64,000 nt of DNA from a virus (taxonomy: Duplodnaviria > Caudoviricetes): the IMG/VR virus record IMGVR_UViG_3300024331_000007, positions 160,001 to 224,000 of that record; one strand, 5' to 3'. A program made the translations under genes and the position numbers. Position 1 is the first letter of the stretch, and each line of letters starts with the position of its first letter. A model generated the notes under the pieces. The model saw only the letters and a program-made list of their open reading frames with translations. It had not been told where the DNA came from and made no database searches. This document shows positions 60,601-64,000 of this stretch, piece by piece.

Positions 60601-61389
60601 TTATTTGCTGGATTCAACCATGTATCGATCCATCAATGTTTGGAGTAAAGCCAGCACATCACATTTATTCTGATATTTGCGCAGATATGCATAAAGAGGT
60701 CTGCCGTATGTCAAATCGTCGCCGTGTCCTTCCCCATCTACCAGTTCACGTCGCAATGTAATTAGATGCCCATCCTTCAATCGCAATCTTTGCTGAATGC
60801 GGAAGAACAATGCACGAACGAATGCTGGTGTGTTTCCACCCAACACCAAACCTCTCAGGTAACGCTTAATCTCGTTCACTGGAAGTTCAATATTCGTCTG
60901 ACCAAGCAGTTCCTTTGCATTGCGCAACGTTGTAATGACATTGGCAAGGTCCGTGCTGCTCAGGAAGATGTGGTCAAACTTTGGAAACTTCAATGTCTTG
61001 ATGCAGTAACGCTTTGTCTCTTCGTGCTGCGATACAAGCTGTATGGACAGCATCATTGCAAAGAAGATTTCGCCCAACTCTTTTGTGCTGTATTTCTCCA
61101 CCATCTCTTCGTTACGAAACGCTCGACTTTCTGTTATAAATGACAGTAAATTACCTTCGTTGACCTGTTCAGATTCATTATCAAGTTGATGCCAAAATGG
61201 TGCTAAAACAGATTCCATTGCATTATGAGTAAGTTCTTGCAATTCAGTTGCATCTTGCTCTGATAAATTCAATTCCTTTGGAAATGTTATAGTAACTGAT
61301 AATTCTTTCTCATTTACCGAAAAATGATATTGAGCATCGGGTGTCAAACACCGTCTTCCTTCAAATGTCAGTGGTAGTTTTTTAGCCAT
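60601..61389 (-). CDS. hypothetical protein
   Basis: ORF track. Confidence 0.65.
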   Translation of the reverse strand: MAKKLPLTFEGRRCLTPDAQYHFSVNEKELSVTITFPKELNLSEQDATELQELTHNAMESVLAPFWHQLDNESEQVNEGNLLSFITESRAFRNEEMVEKYSTKELGEIFFAMMLSIQLVSQHEETKRYCIKTLKFPKFDHIFLSSTDLANVITTLRNAKELLGQTNIELPVNEIKRYLRGLVLGGNTPAFVRALFFRIQQRLRLKDGHLITLRRELVDGEGHGDDLTYGRPLYAYLRKYQNKCDVLALLQTLMDRYMVESSK

Positions 61390-61391
61390 TG

Positions 61392-62330
61392 TTATTGTCC
61401 TCGTGAAGTCAAAAATTGAATAACTTTTTCTTCCATACAGTCTTGTTCTGTGTATGGAATAATAAGCAAGGGAATATTATTCATTTTGCAAAATTTTTTC
61501 TTTTTTGAATCGGAAGACTGAATACTTTTGAACATCTGATTCATTGTTCTATTTTTACTACCAAAAGTTTGAGGAACATAATGCTGTATACCGTGATATT
61601 CAATCAAACCCAATAGATTGCTATTACTAAATATTGCAAAATCAAATGGCAACGGCTTTTTCTTTTTACATTCTGCCAATCTGTATTGATGTTCAAATTC
61701 TACCTTGTGCTTCTTTAGAATCGTAACCATCTTCTTTTCGCCCACCGAAAAAGAACATCTGGGGCAACCCTTGCCATATAAATGATTGTTTGGTTTCTGC
61801 GTGAACTCTCCATGCAATTTGCAAATGATCGATACATTCATCTTATTTCTGATATATTTTGTGTTACTGTAATCGTAAAGATTTCCATGAACCAAATTGG
61901 CTTTTTCAATAAATACTGGGGTGTCCATTGTTGCCGTTCCACCACATTTATCACATCCTTTACCATTCAAATGTTCATTAGGGGTTTGGAAGAAGTGACC
62001 ATGTTGTTTACATAGAATAATAACCTTTGTGCTGGAATTTTCATACTGTACTTTTGAGTAATCAAATGTATTGTTGTGAGACAAGATAGCTTTTCTAATA
62101 AAGTCTTCAGTAGTAGATTTTTGGGCGATGCTTCGTGATTCTACTGCGCATTTATGGCAACCACTTTTGGTTAGATGATTGCTGGGTGTTTGTTCATAAT
62201 ATCCATGTAACTTACAACCAATAACGACTTTCGTATGCATTGCAACATAATTGACACAATCATACAAAAACACGTCGCCATGTTGTCGTTGCGCTTTCAC
62301 AATGAATTCGTTATTTGTCAATCTCTTCAT
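61392..62330 (-). CDS. DUF723-like repeat plus Vsr/PD-(D/E)xK-like endonuclease
   Basis: Three CKxHG.F.Q.P..HL repeats; PFDFAI...LIEYHGIQHY. Confidence 0.85.
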   Translation of the reverse strand: MKRLTNNEFIVKAQRQHGDVFLYDCVNYVAMHTKVVIGCKLHGYYEQTPSNHLTKSGCHKCAVESRSIAQKSTTEDFIRKAILSHNNTFDYSKVQYENSSTKVIILCKQHGHFFQTPNEHLNGKGCDKCGGTATMDTPVFIEKANLVHGNLYDYSNTKYIRNKMNVSIICKLHGEFTQKPNNHLYGKGCPRCSFSVGEKKMVTILKKHKVEFEHQYRLAECKKKKPLPFDFAIFSNSNLLGLIEYHGIQHYVPQTFGSKNRTMNQMFKSIQSSDSKKKKFCKMNNIPLLIIPYTEQDCMEEKVIQFLTSRGQ

Positions 62331-62346
62331 ATACTCTTATTATACA

Positions 62347-62607
62347 CTACTTTCCACTCGCCTTTCCTGCCATTGCACCTATTTGGGGACATACGCCTTT
62401 GATGTGGTTCAAATTGCAGCGTTCGCAGGGTCTATAGTCATAACGTTTACGGCAGGTAGCACATATAGGATCGGCAACCGAAGCGTAGGTTCCACACTGT
62501 TCCAGACCTTCCATTCTGCCACATTCTGCACAGCCAACTTCTTCACGATGGGCGCGAGGGATTCTGTATCCTTCTTTGTCGATGGCGTCAAATTCGAATA
62601 ATCTCAT
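62347..62607 (-). CDS. Cys-rich zinc-finger protein
   Basis: CAEC, CATC, CERC..H...C. Confidence 0.55.
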   Translation of the reverse strand: MRLFEFDAIDKEGYRIPRAHREEVGCAECGRMEGLEQCGTYASVADPICATCRKRYDYRPCERCNLNHIKGVCPQIGAMAGKASGK

Positions 62608-62618
62608 AATTTCCTTTA

Positions 62619-62852
62619 TTACGCTTCAAGTAATCGAAGAAATGCGTATGACTCCATTTCTTTTTCGTCTTCAAATTCCCAAACTCTGATCAAATAATAA
62701 GATGAACCTGCAATATTAGCTGGGTATCTTTCGGATAGCTTCCATTTTTTAACAGATTCATCAAACAGAGATTCATCAAACAGAGATTCATATTTGAACT
62801 GACTGTTTGATGTAAAAATAAAATGCTTTGAATTGTCCAGCAGACATTTCAT
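62619..62852 (-). CDS. small protein with C-terminal LEA tag
   Basis: ...WEFEDEKEMESYAFLRLLEA. Confidence 0.6.
   Translation of the reverse strand: MKCLLDNSKHFIFTSNSQFKYESLFDESLFDESVKKWKLSERYPANIAGSSYYLIRVWEFEDEKEMESYAFLRLLEA
62755..62791. repeat. 15-nt coding tandem repeat (about 2.5 copies)
   Basis: GATTCATCAAACAGA; encodes ESLFD-ESLFD-ES. Confidence 0.8.
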
Positions 62853-62952
62853 ACTTTCTCCAGCCTAACAGGTATTTATCCACACCAGCAATCATGCGGG
62901 ATACATTGACTTTAACCATAAATATCTGTGGCACTTCTCAGGAGATTACCGA

Positions 62953-63702
62953 ATGAGCAGAACTAAGAAGAACCGTCCTCTACAGGAGTCTTTAACTACT
63001 CCTATTCCTCAAGAAACAGCCCACTTTTCAACTAAATCTGGTATTAAAAAGTCAGTGCGCATTATCCCTCGTAGCATACACCAAGAAGAGTATTTGGATT
63101 ACTTGATGGATAATGACAAAATTATTGTGATAGCCTCTGGTCCCGCTGGATGCGGGAAAACACAGCTTGCTATGCTTGCTGGTATTAAAGCCCTAAGCGA
63201 AAAGAAAGTCAACAATCTTATCCTATGTCGTCCCAGTGTAGGAGTTGATGACGAGGACTTAGGCTTTCTACCGGGAGACATCAATGACAAGATGGCTCCT
63301 TGGACTAGACCTTTATTTGATGTTCTTTATGAATATTACAGCGCAAAAGATATACAGAATATGCTGGAAAATAAGGTGATTGAAATGGCCCCCCTCATGC
63401 ACATGCGAGGAAGAAACTTGAAGAACTGTTTTGTAGTGGCTGATGAATTTCAGAACACAACTGTTTCTCAATGCAAAACCCTATTCACAAGAATCTGCGA
63501 TGGAACTAAGATTGTTATTACAGGAGATAACGACCAATCAGATCGCAAGTCAAATGAAAACGGTCTATTGTTCTTTAAGAATGCCATTCAAAATTATGGA
63601 GGGAGTCAATACATTAGTTCAGTTGAATTTGATTCTAAAGACATTGAACGACACGCAGTAGTAAAGGATGTTCTGGAGATTTTCAGAGCTTCTGGAAAAT
63701 AA
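62953..63702 (+). CDS. phoH: PhoH-family ATPase
   Basis: GPAGCGKT, RP, GFLPG, HMRGR, ADEFQN, GD..QSDR; TAAATA at 62919. Confidence 0.95.
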   Translation: MSRTKKNRPLQESLTTPIPQETAHFSTKSGIKKSVRIIPRSIHQEEYLDYLMDNDKIIVIASGPAGCGKTQLAMLAGIKALSEKKVNNLILCRPSVGVDDEDLGFLPGDINDKMAPWTRPLFDVLYEYYSAKDIQNMLENKVIEMAPLMHMRGRNLKNCFVVADEFQNTTVSQCKTLFTRICDGTKIVITGDNDQSDRKSNENGLLFFKNAIQNYGGSQYISSVEFDSKDIERHAVVKDVLEIFRASGK

Positions 63703-63726
63703 ACATTACACATCCTTCGTAATAAC

Positions 63727-63960
63727 CTATGCAGTATGTGCAACATTATTTGGTTTTTTAAAATACCAACCTTCAGGAGGAAACGGAATATCCTTTCGAA
63801 TCCTCCTGAACTTCCCCTCGATATTATAGATTGGCTTGCTTTCTTCTCGTAAGGCGGAGGCTCTAACCAACGAAGATGAGGCCAGCAAAGGATCACACTC
63901 TTCATAAACCAATCGTTCAAAATCGAAATACAAAATTTTCTTCTCCTTAATTTTCCTCAT
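63727..63960 (-). CDS. hypothetical protein
   Basis: ORF track. Confidence 0.45.
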   Translation of the reverse strand: MRKIKEKKILYFDFERLVYEECDPLLASSSLVRASALREESKPIYNIEGKFRRIRKDIPFPPEGWYFKKPNNVAHTA

Positions 63961-64000
63961 CTGTATTCGTTCCGCAACCGTCCATCGTGGTTTACCTTTT

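Noticed and set aside
62755-62791. 15-nt tandem repeat as a regulatory or contingency locus
   Set aside because: It is an in-frame slippage duplication of 2.5 copies (ESLFD) with no phase-variation potential.
22882-62852. C-terminal LE[N/S] tag as a T4 gp21-type prohead protease site
   Set aside because: gp21-type sites are [L/I]-x-E. The tag has x-L-E at the extreme terminus, unlike the true L-x-E sites in 52469 and 53410.
1-64000. CRISPR array or cas genes
   Set aside because: I found no regularly spaced 25-45 nt repeats with unique spacers. The Cas4-like protein at 51058 is a stand-alone phage exonuclease.
1-64000. Genome-wide stop-codon reassignment (TGA or TAG)
   Set aside because: Long conserved genes (nrdJ, ligA, phoH, sodA) are intact in the standard code, and many genes end in TGA with ATGA overlaps. 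I found only one in-frame TGA case.

Overview
This window is a 64 kb segment of a large T4-like (myovirus-type) lytic phage genome, mostly coded on the minus strand. Supporting evidence: T4-type late promoters (TAAATA/TATAAATA), strong sigma70 early promoters (TTGAC[A/T]-17-TA[T/C]A[A/C]T, several with GTTTGG just before the -10), nine complete tRNA genes plus tRNA-like elements, class II ribonucleotide reductase, NAD-dependent DNA ligase, HNH-RNA ligase fusion, PhoH, ClpP-like protease, Fe/Mn SOD, about 13 free-standing GIY-YIG/HNH/Vsr-like endonucleases, putative head and tail proteins, and many small ORFs. Exported ASH/Ig-like proteins, an FmdB zinc ribbon and a DUF5715-like domain suggest an Acidobacteriota-like host (inference). 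The most notable unexplained signals are: (1) a short shared helix (E-x-E-x-hydrophobic-[YF]-L-x-x-L-[E/G]) on roughly 30 small, otherwise unrelated proteins, C-terminal on SH3/KOW-like proteins and N-terminal on two tandem paralog arrays; (2) a tRNA with a UAU anticodon and a long variable arm; (3) a ~235 nt multi-hairpin ncRNA candidate beside the tRNA cluster; (4) a covarying 5' leader hairpin upstream of two GIY-YIG genes; (5) repeated leaderless gene starts at a fixed distance from promoters; (6) a RuvA C-terminal-like domain on a putative head protein; (7) an in-frame TGA and a frameshift in members of the paralog families. All family assignments come from motif recognition by eye; no database searches were run.
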